Positions 57,377-64,000 of a stretch of 64,000 nucleotides of DNA are shown piece after piece. Positions within the stretch are counted from its first letter, which is position 1, and every line of letters begins with the position of its first letter. Both the position numbers and the translations under genes were made by a program. The notes below the pieces were generated by a model. That model had not been told where the DNA came from and searched no databases. It was given only the letters and a program-made list of their open reading frames with translations. The stretch comes from Bryobacteraceae bacterium (lineage in GTDB: Bacteria; Acidobacteriota; Terriglobia; Bryobacterales; Bryobacteraceae). The stretch lies in the NCBI GenBank assembly GCA_963793625.1, contig CAWCAT010000009.1, positions 5,897-69,896 of the forward strand, read 5' to 3'.

Positions 57377-59002
57377 ATGGCCACGATCGATCGCATCAAA
57401 CCGTTGGATACCGAAAACGAAATTGCGCAGGCGCGCTCATTGGCGGCACGTTACCGCTGCGAGTACGTCGATTTGCGTGAAGGGCGCATTGATCACGACC
57501 TGTTTAAAACCATTCCGGTCGATTTGATGTTCCGCTACAACTTTGTGCCGCTGCGCGCCAGCAACGGCAATCTCGAGATCGCTCTGGCCGATCCGCGGCA
57601 CCTCAACCTCATTGACGAGCTTTCGATTCTGCTTGAGAAGAAGCTAAAGGTCAACGTCGCAACGCTTTCGCAAATCTCGGACCTGCTTAAAAAAACCGAG
57701 CAGTCCCAACGGGTGCTGGAAGAAGTGACGGAAGGCTTCGCGCTCGATGTAGTGGGCGATGAGGACACTCAGGATGAGACGCTTTCAATCGATCGCTTAT
57801 CGTCTGTAGACAGCGATATCGCACCCGTCATCAAGCTGGTCGATACCACTATCTTTAATGCTCTTGAGCGGCGCGCGAGCGACATACACATTGAGACGCG
57901 CGATCACGAAGTCGCCATCAAGTACCGTATTGACGGCGTGCTGCACTACGCGATGCCGCCGATTTCGAAGGACTGGCATTCGACGATCATTTCGCGCATC
58001 AAGGTCATGTCCGAACTGGATATCGCGGAGCGGCGCATTCCGCAGGACGGCCGTTTCCGCGTGCGCTACAAGAGCCGTCTGATCGACTTCCGCGTTTCGA
58101 TCATGCCGACAATTCACGGCGAAGATGCTGTGTTGCGCGTACTCGATAAAGAGTCGATGAGCGAGACCTTCGCGAATCTGAGTCTCGATGTGGTCGGCTT
58201 TTCGGAATCGGATTTGACGAAGTTCCGGCGCTACATCAAGGAACCCTACGGCATGGTGCTGGTGACGGGTCCCACCGGGTCGGGCAAAACGACCACTCTG
58301 TACGCCGCGCTCAGCGAGATCAAGAACGACGAAGACAAGATCATCACGATCGAAGATCCTGTCGAATATCAGATCAAGGGAATTACGCAGATTCCGGTGA
58401 ACGAGAAAAAGGGCCTGACATTCGCGCGCGGGCTGCGCTCAATTCTGCGTCACGATCCGGACAAGATCATGGTCGGCGAAATCCGCGATCAGGAAACAGC
58501 ACAGATCGCGATCAATGCGGCGTTGACGGGCCACCTTGTGTTCACCACCGTGCACGCGAATAACGTGCTCGACGTGCTCGGGCGCTTCTTGAACATGGGC
58601 GTCGAGCCGTATAACTTCGTCTCCGCGCTGAACTGCATTCTGGCGCAGCGCCTGGTTCGTATCATCTGCAACCACTGCAAGGAACGCATCTATCCTACCG
58701 ACGAACTATTGGTTGAGAGCGGTTTCAGTCTCGATCAGTGGCGCGACGTGCCGTTCTATGAAGGCAAGGGTTGCTTCGAGTGCGGCGGCACGGGATTCCG
58801 TGGACGAACCGCGATTCACGAGTTGCTGGATTTGAGCGAACGCATCAGGGAAATGATTCTGGACAAGCGTCCGACCTCGGAAATCAAGCGTGCTGCGCGC
58901 GAAGAGGAAATGACGTTTTTGCGCGAGGCTGCTGTGCAGAAGGCTAAGGCGGGCATCACGACTTTGAAGGAGATCAACAAGGTGACCTTCATCGAAGGCT
59001 AA
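57377..59002 (+). CDS. pilB: type IV pilus assembly ATPase PilB (GspE family)
   Basis: 541-aa intact ORF. It has a GSPII_E N-domain, Walker A GPTGSGKTTTLYA, Asp box, Walker B (IMVGEIRD), His box and the tetracysteine motif (CNHC...CFECGGTG). Confidence 0.9.
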   Translation: MATIDRIKPLDTENEIAQARSLAARYRCEYVDLREGRIDHDLFKTIPVDLMFRYNFVPLRASNGNLEIALADPRHLNLIDELSILLEKKLKVNVATLSQISDLLKKTEQSQRVLEEVTEGFALDVVGDEDTQDETLSIDRLSSVDSDIAPVIKLVDTTIFNALERRASDIHIETRDHEVAIKYRIDGVLHYAMPPISKDWHSTIISRIKVMSELDIAERRIPQDGRFRVRYKSRLIDFRVSIMPTIHGEDAVLRVLDKESMSETFANLSLDVVGFSESDLTKFRRYIKEPYGMVLVTGPTGSGKTTTLYAALSEIKNDEDKIITIEDPVEYQIKGITQIPVNEKKGLTFARGLRSILRHDPDKIMVGEIRDQETAQIAINAALTGHLVFTTVHANNVLDVLGRFLNMGVEPYNFVSALNCILAQRLVRIICNHCKERIYPTDELLVESGFSLDQWRDVPFYEGKGCFECGGTGFRGRTAIHELLDLSERIREMILDKRPTSEIKRAAREEEMTFLREAAVQKAKAGITTLKEINKVTFIEG

Positions 59003-59017
59003 CCGGAGCGCAATAAC

Positions 59018-59908
59018 ATGCAATTATTAAGGCAAATCGCGCAACTGGTTCAGGACCCTCCGCCGGAGTACATCTTTGAACTTTCCGAAAGCGGCATCGC
59101 ATGGGCGCGGCGCGGCGGCACTCCACAGCTCGGCTTTCATCCGCTTGAGCCGGGCGTATTGAATGTGTCACCGATGAAAGACAACGTGCTGCGGCCGGAC
59201 GTTCTGGCGAGCGCTGTGAGAAGTTTGGCGAATGGGAACGGAACGCGCAAACGCCGTCGCGCGGCATTGATTCTGCCTGATTTCTGCGGCCGTGTCACGG
59301 TAATGGATTTCGACCAGTTTCCATCGTCGGCCGAAGAACAGGCTTCACTCGTTCGCTTCCGCGTGAAAAAAGCGGCCACGTATGAAGTGGATTCGTCCGC
59401 GTTGAGTTTTCATGCGCAGCAGCGTCCCGGTGAGAAGCGCTTCGATGTCGTTGTGGCGGTTGTTTCACTGGAGATTCTCGCGCGCTATGAAGCGCCCTTC
59501 CGAACCGCTGGCTTTCACCCGGGTATGGTCACGACGGCAACACTGGCCTCCCTGGAACTGATCCATGGAGACGGCGTTGCACTACTGGCGCGACTCAACG
59601 GTCACACTCTATCTGTTGCGGTGCGCAGCGGGAATTTGCTGCGGGTCGTGCGAACAGTGGAGATGCCCGAAGTGAGTGTGCGTGAGGTGATGAGTGTTCT
59701 ATATCCGACGTTCGCGTTCGTGGAAGACGATCTGGGGAAACCTCCCGAAAAAGTCCACCTATGCGGTTTCGGAGATATTTCGGAAGCGTTGCGGCAGCAT
59801 TGTGAAAGCGAGTTGGGAGTGAAGGCGGAACCGTTGCGCTCCAGGTTCGGCACGCCGGGACAAGGCAATGCGGGGCTGTTGGGATATTTGGAGTCGATCG
59901 AGGGTTAG
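59018..59908 (+). CDS. pilM: PilM-like actin-fold pilus assembly protein
   Basis: The call rests on position directly before pilN/pilO-like genes, on size (296 aa), and on the pattern ...ALILPDFCGRVTVMDFDQFPSSAEEQASLVRFRVKK...VVVAVVSLEILARYEAPFRTAGFHP... This is typical of PilM/GspL-like cytoplasmic domains. Confidence 0.6.
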   Translation: MQLLRQIAQLVQDPPPEYIFELSESGIAWARRGGTPQLGFHPLEPGVLNVSPMKDNVLRPDVLASAVRSLANGNGTRKRRRAALILPDFCGRVTVMDFDQFPSSAEEQASLVRFRVKKAATYEVDSSALSFHAQQRPGEKRFDVVVAVVSLEILARYEAPFRTAGFHPGMVTTATLASLELIHGDGVALLARLNGHTLSVAVRSGNLLRVVRTVEMPEVSVREVMSVLYPTFAFVEDDLGKPPEKVHLCGFGDISEALRQHCESELGVKAEPLRSRFGTPGQGNAGLLGYLESIEG

Positions 59909-59910
59909 AC

Positions 59911-60483
59911 GTGTCGCAAAAATTTAACATAAACCTCGCGAGCGAACCGTTTCAGCGGAACAGGCCGGTTCTTGCGGCCTCGCTTCTGGCCGGGGTGGTT
60001 TTGATAGCTCTGCTTGGTGTGCAAATCCGCATGATCTTTGCGGAACGGGCGAGAATGGCGGAAACACGCGAGGCGATCAGCAGGGCGCAGGAGAAACTGC
60101 TGAAGTCGGGTGCCGAGCAAGCCAAGCTGGACGGTCTCATGAGGCAGCCCGAAAACGCGGAAGTGCTCGACCGCAGTCTGTTGCTGAACACGCTGATTCG
60201 CCGTAAGGCGATCAGCTGGACCAGGGCATTCGCGGATCTGGAGAAGGTGATGCCGCATAACGTGCGTCTGATCTCCGTCCGACCGGAAGTGACGTTACAG
60301 AATCAGGTTTCGCTGCAGATGGTGGTCGGCGCCCAATCGAGTGAGCCGGTGTTGTCGCTGCTCAAGAATATGGAAGAGTCGCCGCTGTTCGGGCCGACAT
60401 CGATTCAGAATTGGCTGCCGCCGTCTCAGAGTGATCCGTTATACCGCTATCGCGTGAGTGTGAGTTATGCCCAAAAGCTTTAA
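59911..60483 (+). CDS. pilN: PilN-like bitopic pilus assembly protein
   Basis: The N-terminal INLASEPF motif is followed by one TM helix, a coiled coil and a ferredoxin-like C-terminal domain. It has a GTG start. Confidence 0.6.
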   Translation: MSQKFNINLASEPFQRNRPVLAASLLAGVVLIALLGVQIRMIFAERARMAETREAISRAQEKLLKSGAEQAKLDGLMRQPENAEVLDRSLLLNTLIRRKAISWTRAFADLEKVMPHNVRLISVRPEVTLQNQVSLQMVVGAQSSEPVLSLLKNMEESPLFGPTSIQNWLPPSQSDPLYRYRVSVSYAQKL

Positions 60484-61075
60484 TTTCCAGGCGCTCCGCG
60501 CACGAATGCCGCATGTCAGCGTGATGTGGGATCCCAAGCTGCTGATACGTGCCGCACTGGCGGTGCTGGTGGCAGCAAATCTCGTTGCGGCGATCCTTGT
60601 TTTTAAGCCACTGGGCGGCTCGCCGGAAGATATGGAGCAGCAGGTGCGCGCTCTGGAAGCGCAAATCCGGCAGCGTGAGGCGGGACTTAAGACGATGCGC
60701 ACCGTGGCATCGAAAGTAGAGAAGGGCCGCGCCGACGGGAACGCTTTCCTTGGTGATTACTTTCTTGGCGAGCGTGTCGCCTACTCCAGCGTTCTTACTG
60801 AAATCAACCGCATCGCCAAAGAATCGAAGATAAAGGTGAAGGAACACACCTTTGCCTCTGAGCCGATCGAGGGCAGTGCGGACCTGAATATCATGGCCAT
60901 CAACGGCAACTACGAAGGTACGTACGCCGATCTGATGCAGTTCGTGAACCTGCTCGACCGTTCGAAGCAGTTGATAATCATTGAATCGTTGCAGGCGCAA
61001 CCGCAGCAGACTGCGGGGACGCTAAGCATCGTAATGAAGTTTAATACCTTTGTGCGGGAGGCGAAAGCGCAATGA
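60467..61075 (+). CDS. pilO: PilO-like bitopic pilus assembly protein
   Basis: One TM helix (LIRAALAVLVAANLVAAILVF), a coiled coil (MEQQVRALEAQIRQREAGLK) and a C-terminal alpha/beta domain (...INGNYEGTYADLMQFVNLLDRS...). It overlaps pilN by 17 nt. Confidence 0.55.
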   Translation: MPKSFNFQALRARMPHVSVMWDPKLLIRAALAVLVAANLVAAILVFKPLGGSPEDMEQQVRALEAQIRQREAGLKTMRTVASKVEKGRADGNAFLGDYFLGERVAYSSVLTEINRIAKESKIKVKEHTFASEPIEGSADLNIMAINGNYEGTYADLMQFVNLLDRSKQLIIIESLQAQPQQTAGTLSIVMKFNTFVREAKAQ

Positions 61076-61785
61076 AGCTCGGTGCGGAACGCAAAAAGGT
61101 TTACATTCTGTGCGGATTGCTCGTCGTGGCCGCTCTGACGTTCTGGCTGAATCGGAGTGACGATGAACCCAGTGGGAAACAGCAGCAATCCAGCCGCGCT
61201 GTCCCTGCGGGGACTCCCGCGCCTGCTCCGGCGGCAACGCGCGCTCCGGCGCCTGCTCCTCCGAATATCAGCCAGGCTCCGCGCAACCGGACAGCCACGC
61301 GCGCTTCACAAGAGTTTAAGCCGTCACTAAAGCCGAGGCGTCCGGAAGATCGTGTAGATCCAATGACGGTGGATCCGACGCTCCGGCTCGACCTGTTGGC
61401 CAAGTTGCGTGAGGTGCGGCTGCAGGGCGGTGCGCGCAGTCTGTTTGAGTTCTCTCAGGCGCCTCCGCCGAAAACCGCGGATGTGAAGATCGTCCCGAAG
61501 GCGATCAAGAACGCGCTCAACACGCCGCCTCCGGAGGCTTCGGCAGTGCCGGCCGCGCCAGTGAAGCCGCCACCCCCGCCGATAATGCTGAAGTTCTACG
61601 GCTATGCAAACCCGACACAAAAGCGCGCGTTCTTCATCGAAGGTGAGGACATTTATATAGTGGCTGAGGGTGAGTTGATCAAGAAGCGATATAAGGTCAT
61701 CCGTATCGGAGTGAATTCGGCAGTTGTGGAAGACACTCAGTTTCAGCATCAGCAGACACTGCCGCTTGAAGAACAACCTGCATGA
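61072..61785 (+). CDS. PilP-like protein with Pro/Ala-rich linker
   Basis: One TM helix and a Pro-rich linker are followed by a C-terminal beta-domain: ...MLKFYGYANPTQKRAFFIEGEDIYIVAEGELIKKRYKVIRIGVNSAVVEDT... This is the HR-domain pattern of PilP/GspC. ATGA coupling with pilO. Confidence 0.45.
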   Translation: MKLGAERKKVYILCGLLVVAALTFWLNRSDDEPSGKQQQSSRAVPAGTPAPAPAATRAPAPAPPNISQAPRNRTATRASQEFKPSLKPRRPEDRVDPMTVDPTLRLDLLAKLREVRLQGGARSLFEFSQAPPPKTADVKIVPKAIKNALNTPPPEASAVPAAPVKPPPPPIMLKFYGYANPTQKRAFFIEGEDIYIVAEGELIKKRYKVIRIGVNSAVVEDTQFQHQQTLPLEEQPA

Positions 61786-63080
61786 AAAGCAGCCGCATAC
61801 ATACTGGCCGGCACGCAAGCGAACGCGGATTCGCCCTGCTGCTCGTGTTCATGCTGGCAGCTTCCATCGGAATCTTTCTATATCTGCAGGCTCCCAAAGT
61901 TGCGTTTGAGGCACAGCGCGCAAAAGAGGATCTGTTGATCCAGCGCGGCGAGCAGTACAAACGGGCAATCCAGCTTTTCGTAAAAAAGAATAATCGCTAT
62001 CCCGCGACTATCGAGGAACTGGAGGGGATGAACGGTCTGCGTTACCTGCGCCGCCGCTATCGAGATCCGATGACCGGCAAGGAAGAATGGCGGCTGGTTC
62101 ACGTTGGTCCCGGCGGTATACTAACCGACTCAGTGTTGACGAAGAAAGACGACGAGAAAAAGTCAGCGCCGCAAACATTCATCACAGAAGCCCCGTCTAT
62201 GACGGGCGCGACTGATGTCACCGGACAGGTGGATCTGGCCCGGCGGCAACGCGCCAGCGACAGACCGGGCGCACCGGGTAGTGGAGGCCCTACCCAGGGT
62301 TACAACAATCCGGGCGATCCGCCAGCAGACCCATCAGCGCCTCCCGTCCAGCAGGGTCAGCAACAGCCAGGTCAGCAACAGCCAGGTCAGCAACAGCAAC
62401 AACCGGGCCAGCAACCGGGCCAGCAACCGGGCCAGCAACCGGGCCAGCAACCGCAGCAGGCTGGACAACCGTGGCAGCCTCCCCAGCCTTGGCAACCGCC
62501 GGTGCAACCGGGACAACCAGGACAGCCGGGAACGCTCAATCCGTATGCGCCGGGGCAGCCGAATCAGGCCGGTGCGCCGGGTATGCCAGGCGTCGTACCG
62601 GGATTACCTGGAGTCCCTACAGTCCGCTTTCCAGGCGGACAAACGCAGCCGGGATCGACCGGATCGTCGGGCATGGGGGCGAGTGGCGGTATGACCACTG
62701 GGTCCGGCTACATCAATCCGGGAGGCAGCGGAGGCATGGGGTCAGGCACTCCGGGAGCAACACAGAACCAGGGTTTGGATATCATTGGGCGGCTATTGAC
62801 TACGCCCCGTCCTGGCGGTATGCCGGGCTCATCAAATTCCAGCAATAATCAGACGATCGGCGGCGGCATCGCCGGGGTAGCCAGCAAGTACGAAGCCGAT
62901 TCGATCAAGGTTTACAAAGAGCGCCAGAAATACAACGAGTGGGAATTCATCTACGACATCAAAGAAGAGTTGCAGAAGATGGTTCCAGGCGGCGCCACGC
63001 CACAGCAAAATCAAAATCGTAATCCGCTGGGCGATAAGCCCACCGGCAATCCGGATCCGAATCGGGGCCGCACCAGATAG
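61782..63080 (+). CDS. pseudopilin-like protein (GspG-like head) with ~200-aa Gln/Pro/Gly low-complexity region and conserved C-terminal module
   Basis: The prepilin-like N-terminus is ...SERGFALLLVFMLAASIGIFLYL, with Leu rather than Glu at +5. A GspG-like segment follows (YKRAIQLFVKKNNRYPATIEELEG...YLRRRYRDPMTGKEEWRLV). After it come PGQQ/QPW repeats and the C-terminal ...GIAGVASKYEADSIKVYKERQKYNEWEFIYDIKEE... Confidence 0.5.
   Translation: MKSSRIHTGRHASERGFALLLVFMLAASIGIFLYLQAPKVAFEAQRAKEDLLIQRGEQYKRAIQLFVKKNNRYPATIEELEGMNGLRYLRRRYRDPMTGKEEWRLVHVGPGGILTDSVLTKKDDEKKSAPQTFITEAPSMTGATDVTGQVDLARRQRASDRPGAPGSGGPTQGYNNPGDPPADPSAPPVQQGQQQPGQQQPGQQQQQPGQQPGQQPGQQPGQQPQQAGQPWQPPQPWQPPVQPGQPGQPGTLNPYAPGQPNQAGAPGMPGVVPGLPGVPTVRFPGGQTQPGSTGSSGMGASGGMTTGSGYINPGGSGGMGSGTPGATQNQGLDIIGRLLTTPRPGGMPGSSNSSNNQTIGGGIAGVASKYEADSIKVYKERQKYNEWEFIYDIKEELQKMVPGGATPQQNQNRNPLGDKPTGNPDPNRGRTR
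62355..62452 (+). repeat. in-frame short tandem repeats (15-nt ggtcagcaacagcca units, then 12-nt ccgggccagcaa x4)
   Basis: Read directly from the sequence. The repeats encode (GQQQP)n and (PGQQ)4 within the pseudopilin-like gene. Confidence 0.75.
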
Positions 63081-63101
63081 AAGGCCGGGATTGCGCCGAA
63101 C

Positions 63102-64000
63102 TTATTTCACTCTCACCAACAAGCCCGGTTGGGCGTTTGCTTCGCCTGCTTGCAGTGAAATCGTGGCTACGTCCATGTCGCCCACATGTACTTCGATAGG
63201 GACCTTCACGTTTACAGCCAGGCGGCCCGGCTGATCAGCGATTGCGGAGATCGAAATGATATCCGCCGGGTAGCCGTTCAGTCGAACCGAAAGCGGAAGC
63301 TTCGGTTGGCCGAGTTCGAGTTCGCCCGCGCCGGTTACCTGCAGCGTTACTGTGCCGGCTTCCGATGGCAGCGTCTCGATCAATCCGCGCCCCAGGAAGT
63401 CCTTCACGAAGACAGCCGGCCTGGCTGCCGCCACCGTAAGCGTCACGGTTTCGGTCCTGACGCCGAGGTCATCGACAGACAGCTCGATGGACTCCTTGCC
63501 TGTCACCGAATCGGGCACAGCCAGTTCGACATAGGTACTGGTCACCGCAAGCAGCGGAACCGCACTGCCGTCGATGAACGCTTGCGCGAGCTTGCTGAAA
63601 TCGCGTCCATAGACCCGGATTAATTGCCCCGGAGCGACCGGACCAGCGTCGTGGCTGGCAGCACTAAGAACCGCACTGATGCGCTTCTCCGCTCGTGCGG
63701 AGGGCGCTTTGGCGGCGGCAGGCGCCAGTGGCGGGTAGAGATAGCCCTCGATGCCCAGCGATCTGCCCCAGCCCATGCCCAGAAGTATGCTGGTCTCGTA
63801 TTCCAGCGCGTAATGGTAGATCGGATAAGGCGAAGGACCGGCTGTGAACAGTAAGCGCGACAGCGGGAAAGTATTAGGAACCGGTCCAGTCAACATGAAC
63901 GAATCCACGCCTTCGCCCAGGTTCAATCCACGCAGGCGAATCGCAGCTTTATATTCGTCGCGGTCGCGCGTCCAGTAATGGAAGATCGGCGCGCCATTGG
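63102..64000 (-). CDS. exported protein ending in a TIGR03437-like (Solibacter-type) C-terminal domain; 5' end outside the window
   Basis: The C-terminal ~200 aa read ...ISAVLSAASHDAGPVAPGQLIRVYGRDF...IDGSAVPLLAVTSTYVELAVP...PAVFV...LQVTGAGEL...VRLNGYPADIISISAIADQPGRLAVNVKVP... This matches the pattern I recall for the TIGR03437 domain family, which is expanded in Solibacter. Upstream, the frame continues to the window edge (...NGAPIFHYWTRDRDEYKAAIRLRG...). Confidence 0.55.
   Translation of the reverse strand, partial: NGAPIFHYWTRDRDEYKAAIRLRGLNLGEGVDSFMLTGPVPNTFPLSRLLFTAGPSPYPIYHYALEYETSILLGMGWGRSLGIEGYLYPPLAPAAAKAPSARAEKRISAVLSAASHDAGPVAPGQLIRVYGRDFSKLAQAFIDGSAVPLLAVTSTYVELAVPDSVTGKESIELSVDDLGVRTETVTLTVAAARPAVFVKDFLGRGLIETLPSEAGTVTLQVTGAGELELGQPKLPLSVRLNGYPADIISISAIADQPGRLAVNVKVPIEVHVGDMDVATISLQAGEANAQPGLLVRVK

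Overview
GC-rich bacterial chromosomal window. The gene content points to an acidobacterium of the Solibacter/Bryobacterales type (inference): CarboxypepD_reg-type TonB-dependent receptors, many exported glycoside hydrolases, several Gfo/Idh/MocA oxidoreductases, and a TIGR03437-like C-terminal domain protein at the right edge.

Layout, left to right:
- 0.3-1.6 kb: a HepT-toxin remnant and a repeat-tailed hypothetical gene.
- 1.6-8.6 kb: GH5-like and GH95-like hydrolases, a NUDIX hydrolase, ferrochelatase and an SDR.
- 8.6-20.5 kb: a group 1h/5 (Hhy-type) [NiFe]-hydrogenase locus with accessory DUF genes, an endopeptidase and hypCDE / SIS / glutaredoxin-like / hypFAB maturation genes.
- 20.5-23.2 kb: a sugar-binding lipoprotein, a sulfatase and a small membrane protein.
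- 23.2-29.4 kb: about 6 kb of gene wreckage around an intact IS4-family element.
- 29.6-33.3 kb: a second TonB-dependent receptor.
- 33.3-38.6 kb: an IclR-associated catabolic island.
- 38.7-52.6 kb: a glycan-processing island. It holds two paralogous Gfo/Idh/MocA oxidoreductases, a GH20-like enzyme, RidA, a DUF1080-FG-GAP protein, a transglutaminase-core protein, a xylose-isomerase-like TIM barrel, two exported proteins of unknown function and an initiator-type tRNA-Met.
- 52.6-63.1 kb: anti-sigma-like and TPR genes, a dGTPase, LolA, and a pilC-pilB-pilMNOP block ending in a Gln/Pro-rich pseudopilin-like gene.

Two things stand out.
1. The hydrogenase locus keeps an apparently intact catalytic large subunit, but its partners are broken. 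The small subunit is a 55-codon remnant. hypC and the first ~70 codons of hypD are collapsed into an in-frame fusion. The NifU-like and tandem-SIS genes carry internal deletions, and hypE is multiply frameshifted.
2. Roughly 30 single-base reading-frame breaks are scattered over ~17 otherwise well-conserved genes, several at short homopolymers. Either the strain is undergoing broad pseudogenisation or the assembly carries indel errors.

I found no CRISPR array, rRNA, restriction-modification system or recognisable phage-defence system. All homology statements come from reading the translations by eye; no searches were run.
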